A stretch of DNA of 64,000 bases, taken from contig CM022678.1 in assembly GCA_012295275.1 (NCBI GenBank), positions 6,634,001 to 6,698,000 on the forward strand, read 5' to 3'. How positions within the stretch are numbered: the stretch's first letter is position 1; each line of letters starts with the position of its first letter. This DNA comes from Chrysomallon squamiferum. Its lineage: Eukaryota > Animalia > Mollusca. Position numbers and translations under genes: made by a program. The notes under the pieces are model-generated. The model saw nothing but the letters and a program-made list of their open reading frames with translations, searched no databases and had not been told where the DNA came from. Below are positions 28,151 through 43,670 of this stretch, piece by piece.

Positions 28151-28194
<44 letters not shown>

Positions 28195-28491
28195 TAAGTA
28201 AATAAATAAACATAAAATAAATAAAAAATAGTCACATTATGACGATTATGATTCTGATTCAAGCTTCAAGTGTTTTGATGACACTAAAAGGGTTAACTCA
28301 AATTAATATCAGAATTTCACAGATAACAACAAATCAGCAATGCTAATATACAAACTTGTAGTAAGAGGTAGAATTAAATGAACCTGTAAAAGGTAAAGAT
28401 GAGATGGGGGGGAGCAGTATATTAATAAACATTATTTATATTGATAAATTTCCTTTTTTATTATTAGAGAGGTAGAGACGAATAAAATTTA

Positions 28492-28530
<39 letters not shown>

Positions 28531-28844
28531 GAAATGTAAAATTGGTCTAACTGTAAGTGCTTTATAATAAATATAAAATTTATTTTGTCAAAATAATTTA
28601 CCTTCTGTAAACTTCTTACAGTTTGACCAACCAAAATATTATAAAGGATAAAAAAAAAAAAAATAAAAATAAAACAATTAAACTCATCATAATTTGACCA
28701 GAGGTATGTTTATGTTTAAAAGGAGCAATGTTAAATATATACATAACTTTACCGACACAGAATGAACCCTTGCAAGATTCTAGCAAAAATATAAATGCAT
28801 CAAGTAATCGCATACATCTTTATCACATCTCACTACAAAAGTGG

Positions 28845-28880
<36 letters not shown>

Positions 28881-31660
28881 ATATGAGCAGAGGTTACAGG
28901 GTAACAATCATACACAAATATAATAAAAGGCCTCCAATAAAACTCATTTTTATATCCCGTTTTATTATCAATGACTGCTCCCTTGTTATTACTTCCTTTG
29001 CCCACTCTAAGACATACTTGGAAACTGAAAACGTCTATTCAGTTTTATATTTTATTTTCAGGTCTTATTTTTTTCAAAAGTAATAGTTATTATTATAGTT
29101 TTTTTAACTTTTTTTTTTTTTTAATTGTTATTACTTTGAATATATAATGATGTCATGATTCATAAACGGCTTTTAAAACAGCAAATCAGTGAAAACAAGG
29201 GAACAGTCAAAAATCAATTCACTGCCTGGTGTCACGTGATCAATATAGAAAGCCATTATGGCGCTAGTCTACTATATTTAAAAATAATAATAATAAAACA
29301 AAATAAAATAAACGTTTCCACAAGTATATACGACAGTAGTAACATGAAGATACATAAAGGTCACACACAACAGTAACACAAGAAATAAAATCTCAGCTAA
29401 ATAGGGTCGAGACAATTATATTCTTTCAGTGAATTTAACAAAGTTAATTAACTATGTAACAGTGGTAAAAATTAGAACATTAAGAACACGTTACCATGAG
29501 AACAATACAAAATGTACTCAAACGAAGAACATTCTCTTTAGATAATCTCAAGTGTTAACAAAATATATTCTGATTATAATATAGTAACGTACTAACCTCA
29601 TTAATATCTTGATGGCAGGGTTATCTTCCTTCCATTATAATGATATGAATATCATACAGAATTATCCTCCTTTAATTACAGTTAATTTACAAATGTATTT
29701 AAAATGAATTAATTGCTGGAAAAAAAAAAAAAAATCTAATTAAAATAAAATAAAGCAAAACGATTATTAATCATAAAATTTAAAGATTTAAATAATTAAA
29801 AGTAAATAAAGTTATCTCCCTTCGATTACAAGGATTATAATTATCGAAAATGTATACATATTAAAAAGAAATAAATTGCCAAAACAATAAATTTTTGCTT
29901 TATTCACTGAAAGAATAAAACTGCCACAAAAATACTAATAGAAAATGCAAGAAGCCAAAAATATAATAATAATAAAAAAAAGTGTTATTTATATTACATC
30001 AAGACATCGAAAAACCACCATTAATCTGTTTTTGCTTGTAATTTCCTCCAACAAACATTGAGCAACAAGTTTATTTTTTCTTTCTTACTACTGCACCTTA
30101 CACCGGTCACTGAGTAATCGTAACTTGTTCGTAAATGTATCAACAACGTTAACAGATAATTTGTAACAGAACATGCGCCATTTTCAGTTAATCATTATTT
30201 TGATTTGGGTTAATGTAACACACATATTAGTACAACGAAATTAAGCTGTTAGAATTAAGCATAAATGATGATAATAATAATCATAAAGGGCAAAATTGTA
30301 GCATGATCGTAGCGAATAATTATTACAATAATATTTAATTATTTGCGTAAGTTTTTCTTAATAATAATAATAATAATAAATGAAGAAAAAATGAAAAAAA
30401 TGGTTAGAACGCTGATGATCTAACCATTATCCTGAATACACGATCATTATTTAAAGAAAAATAATAATTCCTCATTTATAAATGTCTTTAGACGAGAAAA
30501 CTATATTAAGCTCTGTCCACTAACATTACCACAAAATCAGTGATTCTGTTATTTTAATTGAAAAAAAACAACAACAACAACAAAATGCCAACCAGTAATA
30601 CACAATATACAGGACCATGCCACAGTAAAAAATTTAGCCAATAAAAGAAATGAAAATATATAAGTGATACACCTAACAATGAAATGAGACAAATTTAACA
30701 ATTTATGGAGAATGTGATTATACACGGAAACTACAAAACAACAATGTTAATTCAAAATCAGCACTATTATGTGTGAGATATATATATGTATAATATGTAA
30801 AAGAATTTTAAAAAAATGAAGATTACCCTAAAAAAAAAAGCATTCTGATACAAAAACAAATTCTATTTCTGTATCGCTGACTTGCATTTCTTAATCTGCC
30901 CTTTCATTCATTTAATTTGCTATGATTTTTGCTTTGAATTTTTTTTTTTTTTAATGGGATCTGGTATTTTCTGGACATTAATAAAATATACAAATTGTCA
31001 AAAATTCAAATATATGATTACAATAAACTGTAAAACCATTGCTGTCACTTTTAAAACTGAAATATCCCAAACAAAGTAAAATGATATCAAAACATGAAAC
31101 AAATATTCACCTTCATAATAGTCTGTTTAGTCTGACTGATATTAATTCTTAGAATCGTAGTAAATAATGATTCTACTTTTATAAAATTAAAGAAACAACA
31201 AAATATATATATATATATTTCCATCCTATTATCTAACCAACAACTCCTGACATGAATATTAGGACTTCAACGACAACAGAACAAACTATACACCAATGTA
31301 TATATCCTTTAGCCTTATATTTCCATAGCAAACCCAGTGTATATTTATAATGATTAAACTAAAATACATGGAAGAAGACCAAAAAAAAAAAAAAAAATGT
31401 GCAGAAGTAAAATGAAAAATAAAAGCTACATTATGACAGTGATAAAGGGACACAAACGTGGTGGGTGTGGCAAAAAGCGCCCTCTTGTTAAAACAAGGCC
31501 CACTACTGGAAATACTCGGAAACTACTGCCATTTCACCGGTTGCTATTCAACTCCATGACAACCAGATCTGAACGCTCTGCTGTGAACAGCTGTGGTCAT
31601 CTCAGAACCAGAGACATTAAGTTGATTAATAATAATAATAATAATAATATTAATAATAAT

Positions 31661-31758
<98 letters not shown>

Positions 31759-32816
31759 TAATAATAATCATAATAATAATAATATTAATAATAATAATGA
31801 TAATAATAACAATAATAATAATCATAATAATAATAATAATAATAATAAAAAAACAAACCAAAAAAAAAAAAGTAAAAAAACAACAACAGAAAACAGAAAA
31901 AATAAGAAAAACAAATAAGGTAATAAACACCAATATCTTTAATGGAGATAAAAAAAAATAAAAAAAGTAAAAATTATATTACTAATAATGTATTTTCTTA
32001 AATTTCATATACTTTCATATTTAGTTTATTATTGTATTTCAAATTTTTTTCACACACACACAAACAAACAAAAATAGTAATAATAAAACAATTAAAAAAA
32101 TTAATAATAAAATAATAAATAAATAAATAATAAAAATAAAATAAAGAAAAGGAAAACAGTCTTAATGCCACTGGTTTCTGAGAGAGAGCTGCATGCTGTA
32201 ATGAACTAGTTGTCATGGTAACACAGACAGACAAAACCACTCCATAACTCTAAAAGAAAACGTAAGCAAGAATATAAATAACTGTTAATGGACAGAAAAT
32301 CAAAATGTTTGACAGTTGTATGGTTAGTAGTTTTTGTTTCAGATTATTTATTACAGTGACAATAATTAAAAAAAAAAAAAAAATCAGAAGTAATATTTAA
32401 CCTGTATTTATTTTTGAAAATTTAATTTTAGCTATAAAGCTTTAATATGAAGTAAATAACCTTTATTATTTTAGTATTTCTTTTATTTATTTCTTTATTT
32501 ATTTAGCTGTAGTGGTATTTTTAGTTTTATTTTTGTAACACTAAGAAAAGCAGAAAAGTAACTATGCCAAAGAAATGTAACAAAGCTATCAAAATAAATC
32601 AGCCTGTCTTTGGTGCATTTAAAAATATTTAAAAACCCAGTAATAATAGTCGTAACAATATTCAAAATATAATGTAACAATTTCTGAAAACAATTTAACC
32701 TTGAGCTTCTAAAAAACAAAAAACAAAAACATTTGAAAAACAGATCTGGGGTAACAAAACACTTAAAATTAGAAGATTTTTTTACTCTGTTTTAAATGTA
32801 CAATTATAAATTTAAA

Positions 32817-32850
<34 letters not shown>

Positions 32851-34252
32851 CATTAAAACCACTAACTACTTCCTTTTAAAAAGAAAAAAAAAATTATCCT
32901 TGTTAAATTTTTTTTCAGTTAATTATTATAAAAGTATTATAAAAAAAAGAAAGAAAAAAAAATCTTAACATTAAATTTTTTATTTTTTTTAGAAGAAACT
33001 TCACAAAAAATGGAAACAGAAGACAGCTAATTTGAATCAATTCCAAAATGCCATTTAATTTTTATTTTATTAACAATTAACAAACATTTATTTTTTTTCG
33101 TAATGCTAATGTTTGAGAAAATAAAAAATAATATTACTTCCGCTAACCATTAAAATATTTTGCAATTATCAGCAAGTCCAAAATCACAGACATAACGACC
33201 GAAATATCAAATTAACACAACTTTAACCCCCTGGTGGCAAGTCAAGGTAGATAATCAAGACCAGTTCTTAATAATGCTTTGTTCAAAAAGTGCTTCCATG
33301 ATATACAAGCTGTATAATGTGTCTCTATGGTTGTTACCACACAAATGGAAACAGAAAAAAAAAAAATATATATATATATATATATATTAAAATCCCTGCC
33401 TTGGAGAAAATTTAAGATCCTTTTGATAAAAAGTGTCTTGTAAAAGTGTAAGAAGATTCGTGCATATGTGAATATTTATGACCAGGACGAACAACTTGTA
33501 AGGAGGTAGTGAAGATCTGACTTCAAGACAGTTATTTCAAAAAAAAATAATAATAATAATAAATTATTTTATATTTGTAGATTTTAAAATATCTAAATAT
33601 TGTTCTTTTTTTTCCCTGAATTCTGTTATATAAAAAAAAAAAAAAACCTGAGTTTTTACAAGAACAAATTTAAAAAAAAAATAAAACTAAAAAAAAAATT
33701 AAATTAAATAAAATAAAAATGTCAACTAATGATGTTAGTTGGACTTTTTTTTTTTACAGTGAAACCTGCCTAAACGAGACATCATGAAACGATTGTTATA
33801 TTTCAGTTTAGAAGAGAGATCCAAATATCGAGGGTTAAAATACAGAGTTATTTCCCTTGGTGGAGTAACTCTGAAACCACAAAAGATGTTATGAAAATTG
33901 TTAAGTTTAAGCAAGTTTTTGTTTAAATCAGGGTTCAGTTTAGGCAGTTTTTCACTGTGCATGTATATCTATATAATAATTACAGTCTAAATTTAACAAT
34001 TATTAGTTACAGAACATTAGCCAATCAAAGCAGAGTACAAGTGTTATTTAAAGTTGTTATGTGTGAACAAACCTTTAGATGATTAACACACTAAATATCT
34101 GAATGGTGAAAATGTTTGTTAACAGCCATAATTAATTATGTGAGATATAATAATTTTAATAAAGAAGGAAGAAAATAACAGATAAATAAATGTATTGTTA
34201 CTATATTTATCAGTTCAAAACTTGGTAAAAATGAGGTAGTAGGGTATAAAAA

Positions 34253-34291
<39 letters not shown>

Positions 34292-35490
34292 TGTTACAAT
34301 TTTCTAAAACTGTCAGAATATTTATTAGTAGATGAAAAACATTAAAAAAAAAAATAAATACCCTGATTATTTTTGTAATGGTAAAAAAAAAAATAATATG
34401 CTTGATGTCGCAGAGTATACCCGATTATTCTTGATTTTAAAAAGAATAAAAAATAAAATAAAATAAAATACAAAATAAATAACAAATTCTGAAGGAATAT
34501 TTCAGGTTTTTTGAGACCTTGTTACTGTGCATATTTCATTCTGACAGGTTTAAATATATATATTTATATTTTATTTTTTTTAACATATGGAAAAAAAATA
34601 AAATAAAAACTGAATATAATATTTAGTTTTTCTTATTTTCCTATTTTTGTTTTTTATGTTTTTAATATATTTGTTTTCTCTCCATTTTTCATTAAATATT
34701 TACTTTTTTCACTCCTTCAAATAAACATTTTAAGTTTTTCACATTATAATTGTTTTGTTTTCCATTCTAATAAATATTTATTTTTTCCTTCAACATGTTT
34801 TTTTTTTTTTTTTTTTTAACTTTTGCAATATCAGAACTTCCTGGTTTCAAATTTTTATAATTTAAAATTGTTTTTATATCTCTTTAGTTCCTGAATCAAT
34901 AACTAACCAAGAATTAAAAAAATCAGTTTCACAAACTGAATAGTAATAAAAAAAAAATACATTACTTTATTATTTTCTCAAGTGTCTAGATTTTAAAAGA
35001 TTTTTGATGAAAATCACACAAATAATGGCTGGATGAGCCTATGCACAGTAACAAAAGATATTTTCAAAACAAAAAAAAAATAAATAAAAAAAAATAATAA
35101 TAATAAAGGAAAGAAATGTTAGTGGATATGAAAAACAAATGTATAATTTGCATTTTCAGTGCTTTTAAAAGTTCCTGAGAATTTAGGTTACCTGAAGGAC
35201 AAGAAAATCTTTGTTTTTTTATAACTGTTAAACAGATGGACAGACAGACAGACAGATAAACTGTCCACTGAAATTATTTAGCAGTACAGAAGTAGAAACA
35301 ATCAGAATAAAAGGATTAAAAAAAAAAAAAAAAAAAAAAATTAAAATTTTGAAAAGAAAACAAAAATTATTAAAAAAATAAAACATCTGTTTATTTTTAT
35401 AGTAAAAGAATTCTCAAAATATTTAGATATAAACATGTATGTATATATATAAAACTTAACTTTCTGTTGTATATAATTGGGTCTTTTGCT

Positions 35491-35531
<41 letters not shown>

Positions 35532-36123
35532 GGTATCATTGAACTGTCTCTCTCATTTCCTTTCATTTTATATTCAAATATAATGTTTGAAACTATTTAT
35601 TTTTGGAAAAAAAAAAAAAAATCCACCAAAATGCAAAGAGTAAAATGTAAAGAAATATAGGTTAACTGGTACTCAAGATATGCTTAGTCAAAAGTGGAAG
35701 CAAAAATAAGGACCAGTAGATGATTTTGGCCTTTTGTTAATAATAAAAAAAAAAAAAATATGAAAACATTCCTGTTGTCATGACAACCAAGACAGAACCA
35801 TTACCTCACCATAATGCAACAAAACATATAAAGCTAATAAACCAAGTAGGAACTACACTGACTAAAACAGATAGGTACAATATATTCTTAAAAAAATAAA
35901 ACAATGAAATTCAACATAATGTACATGTATGAACAAAAACAATGAATGAGAGCAATAATAAAGATAATATATTCTACACAACAGTATTTCATAATGAGGT
36001 AGCTTTAATTGAAGACTGTATCATACAAAAACAAAAGTAGTTGTTTAGAAAAAATTCTCTTGAGTAGCATAGGTAGGTTTTACTAAAATAGTCACATGAA
36101 AGAGTTTAGTTTTTCTTAAATTA

Positions 36124-36163
<40 letters not shown>

Positions 36164-37334
36164 CATTATTAACGCAAAAAATCCACTCTTTTGGCTTTTT
36201 AAAAAGAAATTAATTACATTTATTAATTATAATTTAATTAATAAATTTAAAGAAAATATTTTCGGAAAATGGCAGACCACGATGGTACCAATATTAAAGT
36301 TTCTCGTCCCTCAACCAAAACCGATATAACTTAATCTTTAAAATTGTGAAACAAAATGGCTGCCTGTCTTACAACTCTTTCATGCGACTCATTTATAAGT
36401 ATTTACCAGTAATCATTAACTCTGCTTATGACTCAAGATAAAATCATCAACAATACATCATCATCCACAAAATAGTAAAAGAAATTTAAAAAAACAAACA
36501 AACATGGTTAATAAACAGATTATTAATAACAGCACAGTATGAAATAAATCTTTGTAATACATTGGACTCTGTTATGGCTTTAAGCTAGACACATTGTTAG
36601 TTGAAACTAAAACAGAAATTCTGTACAAAAATCGATGACAATATCTATAATAATATTATACACATTAACTACAAGTATGCAATGACAAACAGGAATAATA
36701 TAAAAAAAATGAAATACGTTATGTATTGAACTAACTATAAAAAGTTAAAAGAAGAAAATACAAAGAAAAAAGAAAAAAAAAAATAAAAAAATAAAAATAA
36801 AATAAAAATATTGACACCGGTTTGTATATTTGATGTTATTGTGATGTCTGCACAATAAAATATCAAATAACGAATGGGTTGTGCAAAACGGCTGCACATG
36901 AAATTACACTGGATTAAGGAATGAAACAAAAATATTTTTAAAATTAAATTAAAATGACAAATGAAACATTATAAACAAGAAAGCTGCATATGAAATAAAA
37001 CTGTTTGTTATTGAAAAAAAAAAACCCAATAAAATGATGTAATGAAATATCATATACAAGAAAACTGCGTATGAAATTTAAACTAGATATGATGGAAAAA
37101 ATGTGATAATAATAATAATAATAATAACATTAATACTAATAAAGTGACTCATGAAATACTAAATATAAGAAAAACTCGAAAAACTATGCTGACATATGGG
37201 AAAAATTATTAATAAGAAAAGTAATAATAATGAAAAATGATATTATATATATCGTACAGTAAAGATGTAATTAGTTATTCTTTTTGAAACAGAACAGTAA
37301 AGATTTTTAAGAGGAAGGTAAATAATTATAATCT

Positions 37335-37375
<41 letters not shown>

Positions 37376-37969
37376 TTGAATCTAATCAAATGAAACCAGT
37401 CAGATGATATTAAACTAAAACTGTTAAAGTTTATTAACACTTCTTCTAAGTAACCAATCAGAACAGAGAACAGAATGAACCAATGGAAACAAACGATACA
37501 GTTTAGTAACGAAACAAACCTCCATTAAAATGTCATGTCTCATATGCTCCATATCAAAGAAAAGGAAATTAAAAAAGAAAAAAAAAAAGGAGAATATATA
37601 TATATATCTATAAATTATTTTTCTCCTTTTTTTTTTTTTTAACAAGTGAATTGAAGAGCTTACATTTATAAACAGAGTTATGTAACTTGAATAAGTAATG
37701 TGACTTGAATGATAAACATATTATATATATAATTTTTATCATATTTTCTGATATAAGAATTCAAGGTACATAACTCCTGAACCTGATTTTAAAGCCCTGA
37801 GATTATCAATAATATACTGCTGTTTATTTTATTATATAAGAAATGTTATTAATATTAATATTATTATTTTTTATTTTTTATTATTTTTTTTTTTCGGCTT
37901 TTAAAAATAATAACAATAAAGAAACCCTAAAAGTCATTCATGAAATATATGTAAATTAATAAATTAACG

Positions 37970-38003
<34 letters not shown>

Positions 38004-38758
38004 AAATTTCACTTAATACTTTTTATAACTATCCACACTTTCCTTTCTTTAACGATAAGAAAAGAGTCATTTATCATAATAAAATAATAATACACTTTTC
38101 TTGTAGATTTAAAATTTAAAACAAAAACATTTAACAAAACACATTCTTAAAAATCAAACAAAACATCTATCAACATTTATATTTTCAATCCATTAACTCT
38201 AACAATAGTAAATTTAATTAAAACAGTAATAAAAAATAAAATGATAATGAGACTTTTCATACCTAAAAATCCAACAATGGACTGATCCAGCAATTAAAAT
38301 CGGGGCGTCTTATGAGAAATGAAGGGGTGGAAGGGTTGTAAAAACATAACAGCACTACGAATATGATTGTAAATGTTTACAATAATGAATTTCTCTCACC
38401 GGATGTTATCAGAATGTTTGATCAGCCGCACAAACTTATCAGTAATATTTTCTTACAGATCTACGTTTGTAAATTAAAAACAAAAAGAAATGGCAATGAA
38501 ATCAATCTAAATTAAAAAGGACATTTTTGTTAGAAACCATTTCAAGAATTTCATCCCTCTCAGAATTCTTGTAATAGCAAGTCCAAGATTTACTTTATAT
38601 ATTTATTTATTTTTGAACCATTTTGAAGAATGTATTATATTTATACCTATATCTAGCTATCTATATATAGATAAATATAGATATAAATATATATATATAT
38701 ACATAAAAATACACACATCTGGTTTGAAAATGTTATTTTTCCTAGACTAAATTCAGGA

Positions 38759-38806
<48 letters not shown>

Positions 38807-39536
38807 TTAATGTTACTTAATTAATTATCCTTGAAATGGCTTCCACTAACTTCTTAACCCAAAAGAGCAACATTTGTTAGCTCTTCATCATTAATATCAT
38901 TATTATCTCTGTAATATTAATTTAATATTAAAAATCTTCAACCACAAAATCTCAAAAATAAGTCAGAGAAAACTAAAACACCCATATGATCATTATAAAA
39001 ACAAAGTCATTAATTAAAGTCATTAAGCATTAATTAACAAAGAGAGAAAACAAAAACGGTAAAAAAAACCCATAAGTCTGTTATATCAAAAAAAACAAAA
39101 AACAAATCTCAATTAAAAACATTAACATGATTAATTGAGATGGATAATTAAGAGTATTAATTAATTAAAAAAAAAAAAAAAAGTTAATTAACCGTAGAGT
39201 CTGATTATAAAATATATATTTTCTTACAGCACTTTATAAAATGTTAACACAAAAAGCGACTTTTTCTAAAAAATACATCTAAAGCTTATGACCTTCTGTC
39301 AATAAAAATTAATTAACACCAACTATAACTGCAGACAACAACAATAAAAACAATTTTAAAACACAAAGTTAAGATATATATATATATATGTAATATTTTT
39401 TTTTTTTCTAAAACAATTTTGCATAACAAAAATACAGCTTAAGATAATCAATAATCAGGTGCATAATAACAGACATATGGCAAGTTTGAAATATTTTCGT
39501 GTATGGTAAATTATTTTTTGTTTTAATAATTTTTAT

Positions 39537-39586
<50 letters not shown>

Positions 39587-40043
39587 CTTGACTAGATTGT
39601 TCTAATCAAGTCACACACACAGACGTACAGACAAAGACAGCGTCACCTGATTGACAACAGTCACTGTGTTGTTTCAAGATGGCCGCCACCATCGAGCAGA
39701 GCAGACGTGAATTTTTCTCTCCTCCAAAAGTAGAAGATTATGCTTCTCCCAGTTCAAAATCTTGAAGAGTTATCTACTCCTAAGTTTAAAAAAAAATAAT
39801 AATAATAAAAAAAAAAAAAGAAGCCTGAGGCATGTAGTTTCTCCCTGATGTGATATAGCGTCAACAATCTGAAAAAAAAAAATAAATTAAAAAAAAAAAA
39901 AATTAAATAAAACAGATTAAAGTATAAATATTATAGTAGTCAACTTTAAAAAATTTAAAAATTTTAAAAATTTAAATTTGAGTAGTTCTGAAAAGTGTTC
40001 AATATTTGAAGCAGTTCTTTTTATATTATTTATTATTTATTTT

Positions 40044-40135
<92 letters not shown>

Positions 40136-41008
40136 CTCTCTCTGTGTCTCTCTCTCTCATATATTCCACACAAACTCAAACATGTAACTAATAACTGACT
40201 AAATAAATATAAATAAACAATTTAAAAATGCCTGTTATCACCTGTCATTTTTTTCAGGTAGATAAGTAATGAGTGATAGACAGGTAAAAAGTTATATATA
40301 TATATATATATCATACATTCCACACAATCTCCAACACTTAACTAATAACTATCTATATAAATAAATACACAAAAATACCTGTTTTTTCAGGTATACAGGT
40401 AAACTTTCCCTCATCAAGGGAGTGTTAGGTATAATGGGTTTTTTTTTTCTCTCTCTCTCACATTCCACATTGACTCAAATCCATAACTATCTTTTTATTG
40501 AAATAAGAACCCCAAAATACCTGGTCTCACCTGTATAATTTCAGACACACAGGTAAAACTATCCCTGAATGAGGGACAGTTGGTTATAAAGTTTAACTAC
40601 CTATAAATAATAACTATCTATATAATAATAATAATAATAATAAAATAATAAACAAATAAAAAAAAATACCTGTTCTCACCTGTGTAGTTTCAGGTACACA
40701 GGTAAAACCATCCCTGAACGAGGGGTAGTTAGGTATAAAGTTTAACTATCTCTATAACAACAACAATAATAATAATAATAATAAAATATTAATAAATAAA
40801 AAAAATAAAAAAATGACCTGTTCTCATCTTGTGTAGTTTCAGGTACACAGGTAAAACCATCCCTGAACGAGGGGTAGTTAGGTATAAAGTTTAACTATCT
40901 ATATAACAACAATAATAATAATAAAATAATATCTATCTATCTATCTATCCATCCAAATAAGAACACCAAATAAAAAAAATGACCTGTTCTCACCTTGTGT
41001 AGTTAGTT
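23738..41008 (-). other. Putative very long 3' UTR / 3' flank of the zinc-finger gene
   Basis: No credible ORF. U-rich on the minus strand. Long (CA)n/(GA)n tracts are largely absent between about 24 and 40 kb, unlike nearby introns. Strand-specific let-7 and miR-125 seed matches. Candidate AATAAA (minus, 23758-23753) followed by a GU-rich element (23735-23719). The 3' end is inferred. Confidence 0.4.
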
Positions 41009-42440
<1,432 letters not shown>

Positions 42441-42485
42441 TTATTTAGTGTGTGTCTGCCTGTGTGTGTGTCTGTGTGTGTGTGT

Positions 42486-42519
<34 letters not shown>

Positions 42520-42683
42520 CTGTGTGTGTGTGTGTCTGTGTGTGTGTGTCTGTTTTAGAAGGAAATTATTTATCATATGTGTGTGTGTCTGTGTGTCTGT
42601 GTTTATCTGTTTGTTTGTGATAAAAAAAGTCTGTGTGAGTGTCAGGGTGTCTGACTGTGTGTGAGAAAGACAGATAAAGTGAT

Positions 42684-42748
<65 letters not shown>

Positions 42749-43016
42749 TCTGTGTGTGTGTGTGTGTTTGTAAAAGAGAGATAGATTTTAAAAAGATATT
42801 TATTGTGTGTGTGTGTGTTTTGTAAAAATATAGATTTTAAAAAACATATTATTTATATTGAGAGAGTATGAGTCTGTGTGTGTGAAAATATTATATAGAT
42901 TTTAAAAGAGAAAGATTTATCATATGTCAGTGTATGTTTCTTTGGATAAAAAAAGAGAGAGAGAGAGACAGACAGACTGAGTGAGAAAGAGAGAAAAAGA
43001 GATAGTGAGAGAGACT

Positions 43017-43056
<40 letters not shown>

Positions 43057-43263
43057 ACAGACACAGACACAAAGGTAGACACGAGAGAGAAAACTGAACA
43101 CAAACCTTCAGATTGATTGAGAGACAGAGAGAAAGACTTTCCAGAGAGAGAAAGAAGACAGAGAGAGAGAGAGATCTCTGAGATAGAGAGTTCATGTTTT
43201 CTCAGATAGAGAGACCACCTCAGAAAACAGACAGACATGTTTTATTCAAAACTGAACACAAAC

Positions 43264-43334
43264 CTTCAGGTTGGATTCACTGGAATGACTTTTATGTTGG
43301 GGAAGCCATTGCAGATTCGAAGGGTCTTCCATAG
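43264..43334 (-). CDS. Upstream coding exon of the zinc-finger gene (MEDPSNLQWLPQHKSHSSESNLK), possible start ATG at 43332
   Basis: On the minus strand: acceptor tttcag, 71-nt exon, donor AAG|gtttgt. Phase-0 splicing to the terminal exon gives SNLK|[11 protein letters not shown], a typical C2H2 recognition helix. Confidence 0.72.
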
Positions 43335-43349
43335 CTGAAATGAAAAAAT

Positions 43350-43670
43350 TTAAATTTTAAAAATTTAAATCTCAGAAATTTGACAATTATGTAAAAAAAA
43401 AATATAATAAATTTTAAATTTAAAAAAAATTAAAATCACAGAGTTGACAATTATGTAAAAAAAAATATAATAAAATTTAAAAAATTAAAATCACAGAGTT
43501 GACAATTATGTAAAAAAAAATATAATAAAATTTTAAATTTAAAAAATTTAAATCACAGAGATTTGACAATTATGTAAAGGAAAATATAATAAAATTTTAA
43601 ATTTAAAAAATTAAAAATCACAGAAATATGACAATTATGTAAAAAAAAAATATAATAAAATTTAAAAAAA
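43350..43670. repeat. Five-copy ~60-bp AT-rich tandem repeat (aaatcacagagttgacaattatgtaaaa...)
   Basis: gacaattatgtaaa at about 43382, 43446, 43501, 43565 and 43630. Confidence 0.92.

Noticed and set aside
34232-34300. TGAGGTAGTAGGGTATA as a let-7 precursor gene
   Set aside because: The match ends after nt 12 and is followed by an A-run and (ATT)n with no complementary star arm. It is better read as an antisense target site.
23738-41008. Nanos/Pumilio response elements, as in the Drosophila hunchback 3' UTR
   Set aside because: Only a couple of UGUAnAUA matches were seen (about 28736 and 38696), within or next to (AT)n runs, with no sign of enrichment in such AT-rich DNA.
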